Part shown: piece by piece, positions 1 through 9,608 of the stretch
Position numbering within the stretch: position 1 is the stretch's first letter
Layout: each line of letters opens with the position of its first letter
DNA from: Puniceicoccaceae bacterium
GTDB taxonomy: Bacteria > Verrucomicrobiota > Verrucomicrobiia > Opitutales > Oceanipulchritudinaceae
Assembly: GCA_040830765.1 (NCBI GenBank)
Contig: JBFOMH010000014.1
Location: 1-56,290, forward strand
Length of the DNA: 56,290 bases
Direction: 5' to 3'
The notes under the pieces: generated by a model
Databases searched by the model: none
What the model was told of the DNA's origin: nothing
What the model saw: the letters and a program-made list of their open reading frames with translations, nothing else
Program-made: the position numbers and the translations under genes

Positions 1-2
1 AA

Positions 3-881
3 GTGCACCCCCACCGTGTAGCCGTTCAAATTGTTGTTTATTTCAAGCAGAAGACGGCATACGAGATCATAATCGGGATAAAACCGTGTTTTCTGGGCAA
101 GTTCACCCGTATCCAGATCCAGCAAGTTGAGCCCTGAAAAACCCATTTCATTCCGGACTGAGGTCAGCATGTAGCGATCACCCGGCAACAGCCCCAACGG
201 TGTGATGGAGCCGGGAATGCTATCCGCTGGAATCCACTCCTTATCCTCGCCGAATTTAAGCACAGTGAGATTACCGGAACGGATATCGAGGGCGAAAAGG
301 GGGCTGGCGTCTTTGCCGACGACATAGCTTTGGATTTCGCCATTGTTCCTCGCCAGCAGGTTGATATTCTCAGAGGCCGCGTTCATCTTATATAAATGGG
401 CAGGATTGGTTGACTCTTTACGGGAGGCCTTGAAAACAAATTCATCCGGAACAAGCACCAATGGGTCGACGATCCCCTTGAATATAAGTTCTTCAGAGCT
501 GGGCAGGAGGATTTTGTGGGCCCTTTTCCGCTCAGCGGAGTACACGGACAGTCCTTTTGTGTACATTTCCCATTTTGAGACGTGGTAGACCACTTGATCC
601 GCATCAATCCAGTAGAAGATATCAATGTCTTCACCCGGTTGAACAGTAACCCCACTGTGTTCCGATGTCTCCAAATCAAGGACCAGCAAGCTGCGCCGGC
701 CATGATAGTGAGTCAGGGAGGCAAGGTAACGTCCGGTCGGAGAAAGCTTGGCATTGAGGAAGCTGGGGTTGCCAAAGAGGGCGTCCACCAAGTCCACCTG
801 CTCTTGCGACTTTCCTGCCAATCCGGTGGTCATTAGCATCAGGAAACTCATCAAGAAAACTCTCAGCCTCCTTGGAAACAT
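3..881 (-). CDS. S9-family (prolyl oligopeptidase/DPP-IV-like) peptidase, N-terminal part; runs off the left edge
   Basis: Not in the ORF track because it has no stop. Manual translation from ATG 881 gives MFPRRLRVFLMSFLMLMTTGLAG (signal peptide), then LFGNPSFLNAKLSPTGRYLA...LLVLDLET, the same N-terminal propeller pattern as the S9 genes at 39-43 kb. Bases 1-67 are probably artefactual. Confidence 0.75.
   Translation of the reverse strand, partial: MFPRRLRVFLMSFLMLMTTGLAGKSQEQVDLVDALFGNPSFLNAKLSPTGRYLASLTHYHGRRSLLVLDLETSEHSGVTVQPGEDIDIFYWIDADQVVYHVSKWEMYTKGLSVYSAERKRAHKILLPSSEELIFKGIVDPLVLVPDEFVFKASRKESTNPAHLYKMNAASENINLLARNNGEIQSYVVGKDASPLFALDIRSGNLTVLKFGEDKEWIPADSIPGSITPLGLLPGDRYMLTSVRNEMGFSGLNLLDLDTGELAQKTRFYPDYDLVCRLLLEINNNLNGYTVGVH
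44..67 (+). other. Illumina P7 adapter/primer sequence (sequencing artefact)
   Basis: Exact 24/24 match to CAAGCAGAAGACGGCATACGAGAT. Confidence 0.97.
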
Positions 882-974
882 ACCTCCGTAATGAACTTTC
901 CGGGTGCTTTTTGCAAAAGTTTTTGCCACCAGCGAAAAGGTGTTAATATTGGATAGTCTGATAATTGCTGAAAA

Positions 975-1766
975 ATGAACCCAACCGCACCGAAATCCGG
1001 CGGTGATCCCGTCTGGAAAAAACTCCGCGAGGAAGCCGAAGCAGCAGCCAGTCATGAACCGGTCCTCTCCGACCTGATTCACGAAAGCATTCTCGACTGT
1101 GACAGCCTGGAAGCCTGCCTGGCCCACCGCGTGTCCCGCAAACTCGGGCATCATGCCGTCTCCGAACCCTACCTGCACGAACTGTTCGAGGAGGTCCTGC
1201 GGGAAAATCCGCACATTGGCGAGCAGGTCCGGAGGGATATCGTGGCCATCGACCAGCGGGACCCGGCCTCAAACGGATATCTCTCACCAGTCTTGTATTT
1301 CAAGGGCTTCCAGGCCCTAACCGCCTACCGCATCGGCCACCAATTATGGATCAGTGGTCGGCGGGAGATGGCGCTCTACCTGCAAAGCATTATCTCCCAA
1401 GTATTCGGGGTGGACATTCATCCGGCAGCGCAAATTGGTGCCGGCATCCTCTTTGACCATGCAACGAGCATTGTCATCGGTGAGACAGCTGTGATTGAGG
1501 ACCATGTCTCCATTCTCCACGAGGTGACTCTCGGGGGAACGGGCAAGGAAAAGGGCGACCGACATCCAAAGGTCCGGCACGGGGTCCTTATTGGTGCGGG
1601 AGCGAAGATTCTCGGCAATGTGGAAATCGGCCAGTATGCACGGATAGGCGCCGGTAGTGTGGTCCTGAATGATGTACCTCCCCATGTTTCCGTTGCCGGG
1701 GTCCCAGCCAAGGCGGTGGGCAAGGTCGAGGGCGATCCGTCCACCCAGATGGACCACTGTATTTAA
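975..1766 (+). CDS. cysE: serine O-acetyltransferase
   Basis: RDPA...YFKGFQALTAYR, FGVDIHPAAQIG, DHATSIVIGET, GGTGKEKGDRHP and hexapeptide repeats. Confidence 0.96.
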   Translation: MNPTAPKSGGDPVWKKLREEAEAAASHEPVLSDLIHESILDCDSLEACLAHRVSRKLGHHAVSEPYLHELFEEVLRENPHIGEQVRRDIVAIDQRDPASNGYLSPVLYFKGFQALTAYRIGHQLWISGRREMALYLQSIISQVFGVDIHPAAQIGAGILFDHATSIVIGETAVIEDHVSILHEVTLGGTGKEKGDRHPKVRHGVLIGAGAKILGNVEIGQYARIGAGSVVLNDVPPHVSVAGVPAKAVGKVEGDPSTQMDHCI

Positions 1767-1818
1767 TTCCGTTGCCTCAAGCGTCGGGGTATCTTTTCTA
1801 CACAGGCTTAGAAGGCTC

Positions 1819-2580
1819 ATGAGCAATCCCAACCAACCCGATCCCCGGACCCGGAAGCTCCCCCGGCATGTTGCCATCATCATGGATGGCAACGGACGCT
1901 GGGCCCGCCAACGTGGCCTGCCAAGGGAGGAAGGTCATCGACAGGGAGTGGAAAACGTGAAGCGCATCGTGGAGTGCGCCCGGGAGATGGATTTGCGCTA
2001 CCTGACCCTCTATGCCTTCTCGGTGGAAAACTGGAACCGTCCCAAGCTGGAGGTGAAGGCGCTAATGCGGCTTCTGGAAAGTTTCCTCAAGTCCCAGGCG
2101 AAGGAACTGATTGAAAAGGAAATCCGCTTCAAGGTGGCCGGCCGCCTGGACGAAATGCCCCCCAAGGTGGCGCGCCTCCTGCAGGAGACCATCGAAAAAA
2201 CAGCGGGCTTCGACAAATGGACCCTCACCCTGGCCCTCAATTACGGATCCCGCACGGAAGTGCTGGATGCGGTCAGGGCCTACAGCGAAGCTGTTCGGAA
2301 GGGAGACGAGAATCCCCACCAGCTCGACTGGGAGACCTTCCGCTCTTACCTTTACACCACTGACATGCCGGACCCGGACCTGGTCATCCGCACCTCCGGG
2401 GAGCACCGGGTGTCGAACTTCCTGCTCATGCAGAGTGCCTATGCCGAATATTACTTTGCACCTGAATTCTGGCCCGACTTCGGACCAGATGCCTTCAAGG
2501 AGGCCCTTGACAACTACGTGTCACGGGAAAGACGCTTCGGATTGACCGGCGAACAAATCAAAGAAAAGGAAATTTCATGA
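1819..2580 (+). CDS. uppS: undecaprenyl diphosphate synthase (isoprenyl transferase)
   Basis: HVAIIMDGNGRWA, YAFSVENWNRP, LNYGSR, DLVIRTSGE, RERRFG. Start chosen at ATG 1819 to avoid overlapping cysE. Confidence 0.96.
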   Translation: MSNPNQPDPRTRKLPRHVAIIMDGNGRWARQRGLPREEGHRQGVENVKRIVECAREMDLRYLTLYAFSVENWNRPKLEVKALMRLLESFLKSQAKELIEKEIRFKVAGRLDEMPPKVARLLQETIEKTAGFDKWTLTLALNYGSRTEVLDAVRAYSEAVRKGDENPHQLDWETFRSYLYTTDMPDPDLVIRTSGEHRVSNFLLMQSAYAEYYFAPEFWPDFGPDAFKEALDNYVSRERRFGLTGEQIKEKEIS

Positions 2581-3383
2581 AAAACCGTATTCTGGCAACC
2601 TTGGTCCTCTGGTCGCTTGTTATCGTGCTGCCCTGGTTCCTGGGCAAATGGGGAGCTTTCATCCTGATTGGTATATTTGGTCTCGGGTCCTACCTCGAGC
2701 TGATTGACCTCATGAGCAGGGCCGGCAGGGCTGTCGACCGCATGGTGGGGATTACGGCCTGCGCGGTGATGTTGCTTGGATTCATGGTGGCCCCACCATG
2801 GATACTGCCACCCTATGCGCTGGTCTCGATTATCTTCGCCGCAACGATGATTGCCTGCCTCCTCAACTCGGATGTCGGAACCTACACCTCGACGGCTCCA
2901 CCCACATTGGGCAGCTTGATGATTATCACTATTCCTTTCGGCGCGATTATCCTCATGTTCCATGAAACGGGGCTTGTCCTGCCTATCTGGGTCGTGGCCG
3001 TAACCAAGTTCGGTGACGTCGGGGCTCTTCTTACCGGCATGTGGATCGGCAAGCACCGGATGGCCCCAGCCTACAGCCCAAAGAAAACCTGGGAAGGCCT
3101 GGCTGGCGGCGTCATCCTCTCCATTCTTGTCAGCATTGCCTTTGTTCTCCTCTTTGAACAATGGCTTCCGGACAGCCTGACACTCCTCAACGCTGCCTGG
3201 ATGGCCCTCTTCATCACCCTCGCAGGCGTCCTGGCAGACCTTTCGGAAAGCGCTTTCAAGCGGGAGGCCAAAGTCAAGGACTCCGGGAACTTCATTCCGG
3301 GCATCGGCGGCTTTCTCGACCTCTCGGACAGTATGATGCTGGCTTTCCCGGTGGCCTACTTCCTAATCTGGCTGGTAATCTGA
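2577..3383 (+). CDS. cdsA: phosphatidate cytidylyltransferase
   Basis: Multi-pass membrane protein with SPKKTWEG, DLSESAFKR, KDSG..IPG.GGFLD; ATGA overlap with uppS. Confidence 0.94.
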   Translation: MKNRILATLVLWSLVIVLPWFLGKWGAFILIGIFGLGSYLELIDLMSRAGRAVDRMVGITACAVMLLGFMVAPPWILPPYALVSIIFAATMIACLLNSDVGTYTSTAPPTLGSLMIITIPFGAIILMFHETGLVLPIWVVAVTKFGDVGALLTGMWIGKHRMAPAYSPKKTWEGLAGGVILSILVSIAFVLLFEQWLPDSLTLLNAAWMALFITLAGVLADLSESAFKREAKVKDSGNFIPGIGGFLDLSDSMMLAFPVAYFLIWLVI

Positions 3384-3387
3384 AGCC

Positions 3388-4506
3388 ATGGCGGAACGGA
3401 AAAAGGTCGTCCTGCTGGGAGCCACCGGCTCCATCGGCGAAAGCACCCTTGCCGTCATCCGGCACAATCCGGATCGTTTTGAGCTGCTGGGAGCAGCGGC
3501 CAACCAGAACGAAACGGCCCTTGAGGCCATAAGGTCCGAGTTCAAGGTCCCCCACCATGCCCTTTTTCGCGACTGTGGAGTCGATGGCTTAATGGAGCTG
3601 GCAACGTTGCCGGATGCGGACGTCGTCATCGTCGCCACAACCGGCACCATTGGTGTGCGCCCGACCCTCGCCGCCCTGGAGGCAGGCAAGACCGTTGGCC
3701 TCGCCAACAAGGAAACCCTCGTTCTCGCCGGACAGTTCGTCATGCCGGTAGCCTCTGAATCCCCCGGCACCCTCCTGCCGGTCGATTCCGAACACAACGC
3801 CATCTTACAATGCCTCGATGGTTGCCGCGACAAGGCCCACCTTAAGCGCATTCTCCTGACAGCCTCGGGCGGCCCTTTCCTCCACTTCACACGACAGGAG
3901 CTGGATCATGTCACCCTTGAGGATGCCCTCCGGCACCCCAATTGGGACATGGGGACCAAAGTCACCATTGATTCGGCGACCATGGCCAACAAGGGCCTGG
4001 AGATGATTGAGGCCCACTGGCTCTTTGGCGTTAATCATGAGGCGATCGAGGTGGTCATCCATCCCCAGAGCATCATTCACAGTATGGTTGAGTTTATTGA
4101 CGGATCGGTCATCGCCCAAATGGCCCCGCCCTCGATGACCTTTCCCATCCAGCATGTCCTGGCCTGGCCGGACAAGGTTCCCCCATGCCACCCTGGTCTC
4201 GACTTGAGCTTGATTCACCGGCTGGAACTGCGTCCACCGGATTTGGAGAAGTTTCCCTGCCTGCGGCTGGCGCGTGAGTCCCTTGCCGCCGGCGGGTTGG
4301 CCCCGGCAATCTACAACGCCGCCAACGAGGTGGCTGTGGCCGCCTTTTGCGACAAGGCGATTTCCTTTGCCACCATTCCCCGATTAGTCGAGGAGTGTTT
4401 GCAAAAAGCCAGCTTTACAGCACCTTCTTCCCTCGAAGAGCTCCTTTCGCTGGAAACGGACCTCCACGATTTTTCAAGGTCACTGCTCAAGAAACTGGGC
4501 GACTGA
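3388..4506 (+). CDS. dxr: 1-deoxy-D-xylulose-5-phosphate reductoisomerase
   Basis: LGATGSIG, LANKETLV, PVDSEH, TASGGPF, HPNWDMG, NKGLEMIEA, NAANE. Confidence 0.97.
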   Translation: MAERKKVVLLGATGSIGESTLAVIRHNPDRFELLGAAANQNETALEAIRSEFKVPHHALFRDCGVDGLMELATLPDADVVIVATTGTIGVRPTLAALEAGKTVGLANKETLVLAGQFVMPVASESPGTLLPVDSEHNAILQCLDGCRDKAHLKRILLTASGGPFLHFTRQELDHVTLEDALRHPNWDMGTKVTIDSATMANKGLEMIEAHWLFGVNHEAIEVVIHPQSIIHSMVEFIDGSVIAQMAPPSMTFPIQHVLAWPDKVPPCHPGLDLSLIHRLELRPPDLEKFPCLRLARESLAAGGLAPAIYNAANEVAVAAFCDKAISFATIPRLVEECLQKASFTAPSSLEELLSLETDLHDFSRSLLKKLGD

Positions 4507-4520
4507 CTGACCACTCAAAC

Positions 4521-5990
4521 ATGTTAAGCAGAATACTTTCAGATCCACAGGCCATCTTCCTGGTCATCCTCTTCTTCGGGGCATCCATTTTTGTCCATGA
4601 ATGGGGTCATTATATCGCCGCCCGCTGGCGCAAGCTGAAGATCGACCGTTTCTCAATCGGTTTCGGTCCCCGCCTCTTTGGCTGGAAAGACAAACAGGGG
4701 GTTGACTGGCGGGTCTCGCTTTTCCCCCTGGGGGGCTATGTCGCCCTGCCCCAGTTGGCCGACATGCGCGGTATCGAGGGAGACTACGACAACGGGGGCG
4801 AGCCGCTACCGAGCATATCCTACGCCGACAAGATGTACGTCGCCGGGGCGGGAGCCTTCTTCAATATCCTTTTTGCCCTCTTCCTCGGATGTATTCTCTG
4901 GGCCACCGGAATTCCGGTGAGCGGGGAGTACGAATCGACCACCGTCGGCTATATCGCTCCCACCATGCTCGATGAGGAAGGAATGGAGCGTGATGGACCC
5001 GCGCTCAAGGCCGGACTCCAACCGGGCGACATTATCCTTCAGATCGACGATGCAAAAGTAAGTGACTGGGAGGACATCGTCTATGCCGTCACGACCGGTG
5101 TCCGCAGGACAGAGTCGGGCAACCCACGGACGGACATGATCATCCAGCGAGAGGGTGAAGAAAAAAGCCTGACGCTATTCCCGGTCCTCGACCAGTACGA
5201 GGGTATACGCCGCATCGGCATTGCTCCGGCAAACTCCTTGCGCATCGGCCAAGTCATGGACAATTCCCCCGCCGCCCTGGCCGGAATCGAGCAAGGTGAC
5301 ACCATCCTCGCGGCCAACGGGCAACCCCTCTACCACACCATCGCCCTGAGCCGGATTATCCGGGACGATCCGGAAGCGGCCATTGATTTGGAGATCCTCC
5401 GCGGTGGGGAGAGCCTGCATGTCAACCTGACGGCGGAACAAGTTGTCTATAACACGGCTGGAGACACCACCCCGATGATTGGTGTCCGCTGGGAACCGGT
5501 TACCAGCATGCGGCATGACGATCCGATCACTCAAGTTGTCGATGCAGTGGAGACCACCTTGAGGGTTCTTGGCGCTCTGCTGCATCCAAAATCGGATGTC
5601 GGTATCAGCAATCTCTCGGGGCCGGTCGGGATCAGCTATACCCTCTATGTGATTTCCCAGATCGGCATCCTCGAAGTGCTATCCATTGTTGTCCTCATCA
5701 ACGTCAATCTGGCCATTCTGAACCTGCTCCCGATTCCCGTGCTCGACGGCGGCCACATGGCTTTCGCAACAATAGCCAAGCTGAGGGGACGCCCGATTCC
5801 AGCTCAGGTCATCGCCTCTGCGCAAGGAATCTTCATGCTGCTCTTCCTGGCCATCTTTGTCTATGTCACCTTCTTCGACGTTGGGCGGGTCCGGCGCAAT
5901 GAATCGGCCATTTCAGACGCTGAACGCGTCGAGGAGACCCGCGTACCCATAGAATTCAAGGGACCAGACCAAGAGGAACCTGCTCCCTGA
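4521..5990 (+). CDS. rseP: RIP metalloprotease RseP (M50B) with two PDZ domains
   Basis: HEWGH zinc motif, FSIGFGP, PLGGYV, NLLPIPVLDGG; canonical dxr-rseP-ispG order. Start chosen at ATG 4521. Confidence 0.95.
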   Translation: MLSRILSDPQAIFLVILFFGASIFVHEWGHYIAARWRKLKIDRFSIGFGPRLFGWKDKQGVDWRVSLFPLGGYVALPQLADMRGIEGDYDNGGEPLPSISYADKMYVAGAGAFFNILFALFLGCILWATGIPVSGEYESTTVGYIAPTMLDEEGMERDGPALKAGLQPGDIILQIDDAKVSDWEDIVYAVTTGVRRTESGNPRTDMIIQREGEEKSLTLFPVLDQYEGIRRIGIAPANSLRIGQVMDNSPAALAGIEQGDTILAANGQPLYHTIALSRIIRDDPEAAIDLEILRGGESLHVNLTAEQVVYNTAGDTTPMIGVRWEPVTSMRHDDPITQVVDAVETTLRVLGALLHPKSDVGISNLSGPVGISYTLYVISQIGILEVLSIVVLINVNLAILNLLPIPVLDGGHMAFATIAKLRGRPIPAQVIASAQGIFMLLFLAIFVYVTFFDVGRVRRNESAISDAERVEETRVPIEFKGPDQEEPAP

Positions 5991-6014
5991 TGTTCGCCAT
6001 TGGACCTTTCCGTC

Positions 6015-8057
6015 ATGAACAGCTACTGCCAATCCCGATTCCAGACGGTCCGCCGTGCCACCCAAGCCGTCAAGGTCGGTGACGTGACCATTGGTGGGGA
6101 GTATCCCATCGTTGTCCAGTCCATGACCACCACTCCGACCCAGGATGTGGAAGCGACGTTGCAACAATCCATCGCGCTGGCCGAAGCCGGTTGTCAGGTT
6201 GTCCGGATCACCGCCCAGAATGTCAAGGCGGCCGAGGCCCTCGGCCCGATCCGCAAAGGCTTCTCGGATGCCGGTTTCGGGCATATCCCGCTTGTCGCGG
6301 ACATCCACTTTCTTCCCCAGGCGGCCATGGAGGCCGTCAAGCATGTGGAAAAGGTCCGCATCAATCCCGGCAACTATGCCGACAAGAAGAAGTTTCAAGT
6401 AAAGGAATACTCGGACAAGGAGTATGATGAGGAACTGGAGCGGCTCCACGAGGCTTTCTCACCCATCGTTCTGCGCTGCAAGGAACTGGGCCGGGCAATG
6501 CGTATTGGCACCAACCATGGCAGCCTCTCCGACCGCATCATGAACCGTTACGGCGACAGCCCCATGGGCATGGCGGAAAGCGCACTCGAGTTCATCCGTA
6601 TCGCCGAGTCACATGGCTTTCATGACATCATTCTTTCAATGAAGGCCTCCAATCCCAAGGTGGCCATTCAGGCCTACCGTTTGATCGTCGCCAAGATGGA
6701 TGCGGAGGACATGCACTATCCCCTTCATCTCGGGGTGACCGAGGCCGGCGATGGGGACGATGCCCGGATTAAGAGTGCCATCGGTATCGGTTCCCTTCTC
6801 TACGATGGCCTTGGCGACACTATCCGGGTCTCCCTGACCGAGGACCCGGTGGCGGAAATCCCGGTTGCCCGCGCCCTCGCTGACAAGGCGGAGAAACTTT
6901 GGCAGGAAAAAGCCGACCGCACCCAGCCCGACTTGCTGGATCCGTTCAGCTACACCCGGCGGCCCGTCGCGGAAGGCAAGCTGGGGGACAACCTCAAATT
7001 GGGACCCCTGGAGCCGCCAATCGTCATCCAACCCGGCCCCCTTCTCTCGGCAGTCGGATCGACCGAAGCTTACGCCGAAGCCTTGAAGGGTGCACAATCT
7101 GCCCTCAAGGAAGCCCAGGTGGAGGGGCTGCTTCTGACGGCTGAAAATTCCACCGTCCCGGATTTGCCTGCCTGGCGGGAGGCCCTGGAAGACATCGTGC
7201 CCTTTGTTGTCTGGGACCTGAACGGCTTGAGCCTCTCCGATGCCGTGGAGAAGCAGTCTCTGGTTGGGGCCTCCCGACCCGGGGATGTCTGGCTGCATGA
7301 GTTCACCGATCGCGTCGACTGGATAGAGTTGTCTGAATCCGCCTCCGCCCTCGGGGTCCGCATGGCCCTTGCGGTACGACCCGAGGTTTTGAATACCCTC
7401 TTCCCGGAAGATCTGGTCACGGCGGAACTGCCCGCCATCCTGACCCTGCCGACCCGTAATATTGGAAACGCTACCGACCACAAGCTTGGCCAGTACCGCA
7501 AGCTGGCGGAAATGCTGCAGGCCATGGATTTGCCGAATCCGATCTGGATCCGCAACTCCGTTGATGCCACCATCGAGCCGGAACTCGAGGGCTTTGGAGA
7601 CCGCCTGCTGGAGGCCAGCATGCTCAGTGGAGCGCTCATTTGTGACGGCCTTGGTGACATCATCAGCGTGGAGTCTGTTCCCTCGATTCGCCAGTCCACG
7701 ACCCTGGCCTACGACATCCTCCAGGGTGCGCGGGCCCGGACCACCAAGACCGAGTATGTTGCCTGCCCCAGTTGTGGCCGGACGCTCTTTGATCTCCAGA
7801 CAACAACCCGTCGCATCCGGGAAGCCACCGGCCACCTCAAGGGAGTGACCATTGCCGTCATGGGATGTATCGTCAACGGACCCGGGGAAATGGCGGATGC
7901 GGACTTTGGCTATGTCGGTGGAGCCCCTGGCAAGGTGAACCTCTATGTCGGCAAGGAATGCGTCAAATTCCACATCCCGGCGGATGAGGCTGTCGATGCC
8001 CTGATCGACCTCATCCGGGAGCACGGAAAGTGGCAGGACCCGCCCTCAGATGGCTGA
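6015..8057 (+). CDS. ispG: (E)-4-hydroxy-3-methylbut-2-enyl diphosphate synthase, long three-domain form
   Basis: VQSMTTT, PLVADIHF, RINPGN, RIGTNHGSLS, HLGVTEAG, GDTIRVSL, CPSCGRT, MGCIVNGPGE. Start is ATG 6015 or TTG 6000. Confidence 0.97.
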   Translation: MNSYCQSRFQTVRRATQAVKVGDVTIGGEYPIVVQSMTTTPTQDVEATLQQSIALAEAGCQVVRITAQNVKAAEALGPIRKGFSDAGFGHIPLVADIHFLPQAAMEAVKHVEKVRINPGNYADKKKFQVKEYSDKEYDEELERLHEAFSPIVLRCKELGRAMRIGTNHGSLSDRIMNRYGDSPMGMAESALEFIRIAESHGFHDIILSMKASNPKVAIQAYRLIVAKMDAEDMHYPLHLGVTEAGDGDDARIKSAIGIGSLLYDGLGDTIRVSLTEDPVAEIPVARALADKAEKLWQEKADRTQPDLLDPFSYTRRPVAEGKLGDNLKLGPLEPPIVIQPGPLLSAVGSTEAYAEALKGAQSALKEAQVEGLLLTAENSTVPDLPAWREALEDIVPFVVWDLNGLSLSDAVEKQSLVGASRPGDVWLHEFTDRVDWIELSESASALGVRMALAVRPEVLNTLFPEDLVTAELPAILTLPTRNIGNATDHKLGQYRKLAEMLQAMDLPNPIWIRNSVDATIEPELEGFGDRLLEASMLSGALICDGLGDIISVESVPSIRQSTTLAYDILQGARARTTKTEYVACPSCGRTLFDLQTTTRRIREATGHLKGVTIAVMGCIVNGPGEMADADFGYVGGAPGKVNLYVGKECVKFHIPADEAVDALIDLIREHGKWQDPPSDG

Positions 8058-8799
8058 CGGGCCTAACATTAATCTGCAAAGTGTAAGCAAGCGGTTTGGG
8101 GAAGGACCGCTTGTCCTTGAAGAGGTTTCCCTGTCAGCCGGTTCCGGGGAAATTGTTGCCATTGTCGGACCGTCCGGATGCGGGAAATCCACTCTCCTGC
8201 GCCTGGTCGCCGATCTCCTGCCAGCCACATCGGGTGAAATCAGTGCCTCTGGAAGCGAAGTTGATCCTGCTTTCATTTTCCAGGATCCGACCCTCCTGCC
8301 ATGGTCAACGGTCCGGGACAACATCTTCCTGCCCAGCCGCTTGAAAGGAACTGGCAGTGACCTCCGCGGAGGAACCCCTGAGGAGTGGGCCAACCGACTG
8401 GGACTGGAACGGGCCTTGGACTATTACCCGAGACAGCTCAGTGGCGGGATGCGGATGCGGGTTTCCATCGCCCGGGCCCTGAGCCAGGCTCCCAACCTGC
8501 TCCTGCTGGATGAGCCATTCGGGGCCCTGGATGCGATAACCCGCAACCGGTTGAACGAGGAACTTCTGGAACTGCATGCTCAATCAAGGTGGACGGCCTT
8601 TTTTGTCACCCATTCCGTCTCTGAAGCAGTCTTTCTGTCCCACCGGATTGTAATCATGGAAAACCATCCAGGTCGTGTGGCGGCAACAATTGAGAATCCC
8701 CTGCCCTTTCCCCGGAATGCCCACACCCGGGAGCTGATTGAATTTCAACAGCGCGTTGCCGAGGCAACCGCCTTGCTCCAGGAGGTCCTGCAATCATGA
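8050..8799 (+). CDS. NitT/TauT-family ABC transporter ATP-binding protein
   Basis: GPSGCGKST, FQDPTLLPW, LSGGM, LLLDEPFGALD, FVTH. Confidence 0.92.
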   Translation: MADGPNINLQSVSKRFGEGPLVLEEVSLSAGSGEIVAIVGPSGCGKSTLLRLVADLLPATSGEISASGSEVDPAFIFQDPTLLPWSTVRDNIFLPSRLKGTGSDLRGGTPEEWANRLGLERALDYYPRQLSGGMRMRVSIARALSQAPNLLLLDEPFGALDAITRNRLNEELLELHAQSRWTAFFVTHSVSEAVFLSHRIVIMENHPGRVAATIENPLPFPRNAHTRELIEFQQRVAEATALLQEVLQS

Positions 8800-9590
8800 A
8801 GTCGGTCTGGAACAATCCGCTTAAGATCATTCTGCCCTTCATAACTGGTTGCCTCTTGCTGGGCTTATGGTACGGGGCAAAGGCCCTCTGGGACCTTCAC
8901 GACTTCATCCTGCCCGCGCCCCATCAGGTGCTGGTTGCTTTCACCCAAGAGTGGTCCGTTCTTCTCAAGGCAACCTGGATTACCTTCCTTGGTGCCGGTA
9001 TCGGGTTTTCTGCCTCGGTGATTATCGGCTTCAGCATGGCCCTGGCTCTTGTTTCCAGCAAATGGCTGCGGTATGGAATTTATCCCTACATTATCTTCAT
9101 GCAGATGACCCCCATCATTGCCACAGCCGCAATCGTCGTCATCCTCTTTGATGTCGGCCTGCAAAGTGTCGCTCTCATCGCCTTCCTGATTGGGTTTTTC
9201 CCGATCGTCGCCAGCACCCTCCAGGGTCTGCAATCCGTCCCTGAAGGTCAGCAGGAGATGTTCCGCCTCTACAAGGCAAGCCCGCTCCAGGAACTGTTCC
9301 TCCTGCGGGTTCCCAATTCGCTCCCCTACTTCTTTACCGGGGCCAAGATTGCCGCCACCCTGGCGGTGATTGGCTCGGTCACCGGGGAAATTTTCGCCGG
9401 CTCAAGCAACGGCTCGGGCGGACTCGGATTCCTCATCATGATCTTCAAGTCTGAGCTGAAGATCGCCGCCCTATATGCGGCAACCCTGATTTGCTGCCTC
9501 GTCGGTTTCATATTTGTCGCGGTGGTTCTCTACTTCCGCCATGTAGCCCTTCACAAGTGGCACGAATCCGCCTTTTCCGGGCAGGAATAA
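8796..9590 (+). CDS. NitT/TauT-family ABC transporter permease
   Basis: ILPAP, about six TM helices, FFPI, LPYFFTG.K, GLG; ATGA overlap with the ATPase gene. Confidence 0.9.
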   Translation: MKSVWNNPLKIILPFITGCLLLGLWYGAKALWDLHDFILPAPHQVLVAFTQEWSVLLKATWITFLGAGIGFSASVIIGFSMALALVSSKWLRYGIYPYIIFMQMTPIIATAAIVVILFDVGLQSVALIAFLIGFFPIVASTLQGLQSVPEGQQEMFRLYKASPLQELFLLRVPNSLPYFFTGAKIAATLAVIGSVTGEIFAGSSNGSGGLGFLIMIFKSELKIAALYAATLICCLVGFIFVAVVLYFRHVALHKWHESAFSGQE

Positions 9591-9608
9591 CTTCCATTTT
9601 AGCCGGAA

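Noticed and set aside
68..75. CATAATCG as an i7 index after P7
   Set aside because: It is not followed by a TruSeq (GTGACTGGAG) or Nextera (GTCTCGTGGG) arm, and it reads as plausible S9 coding sequence.
343..836. Short track ORFs 343-588, 383-703 and 582-836
   Set aside because: They overlap the longer minus-strand S9 frame, which explains the region better.
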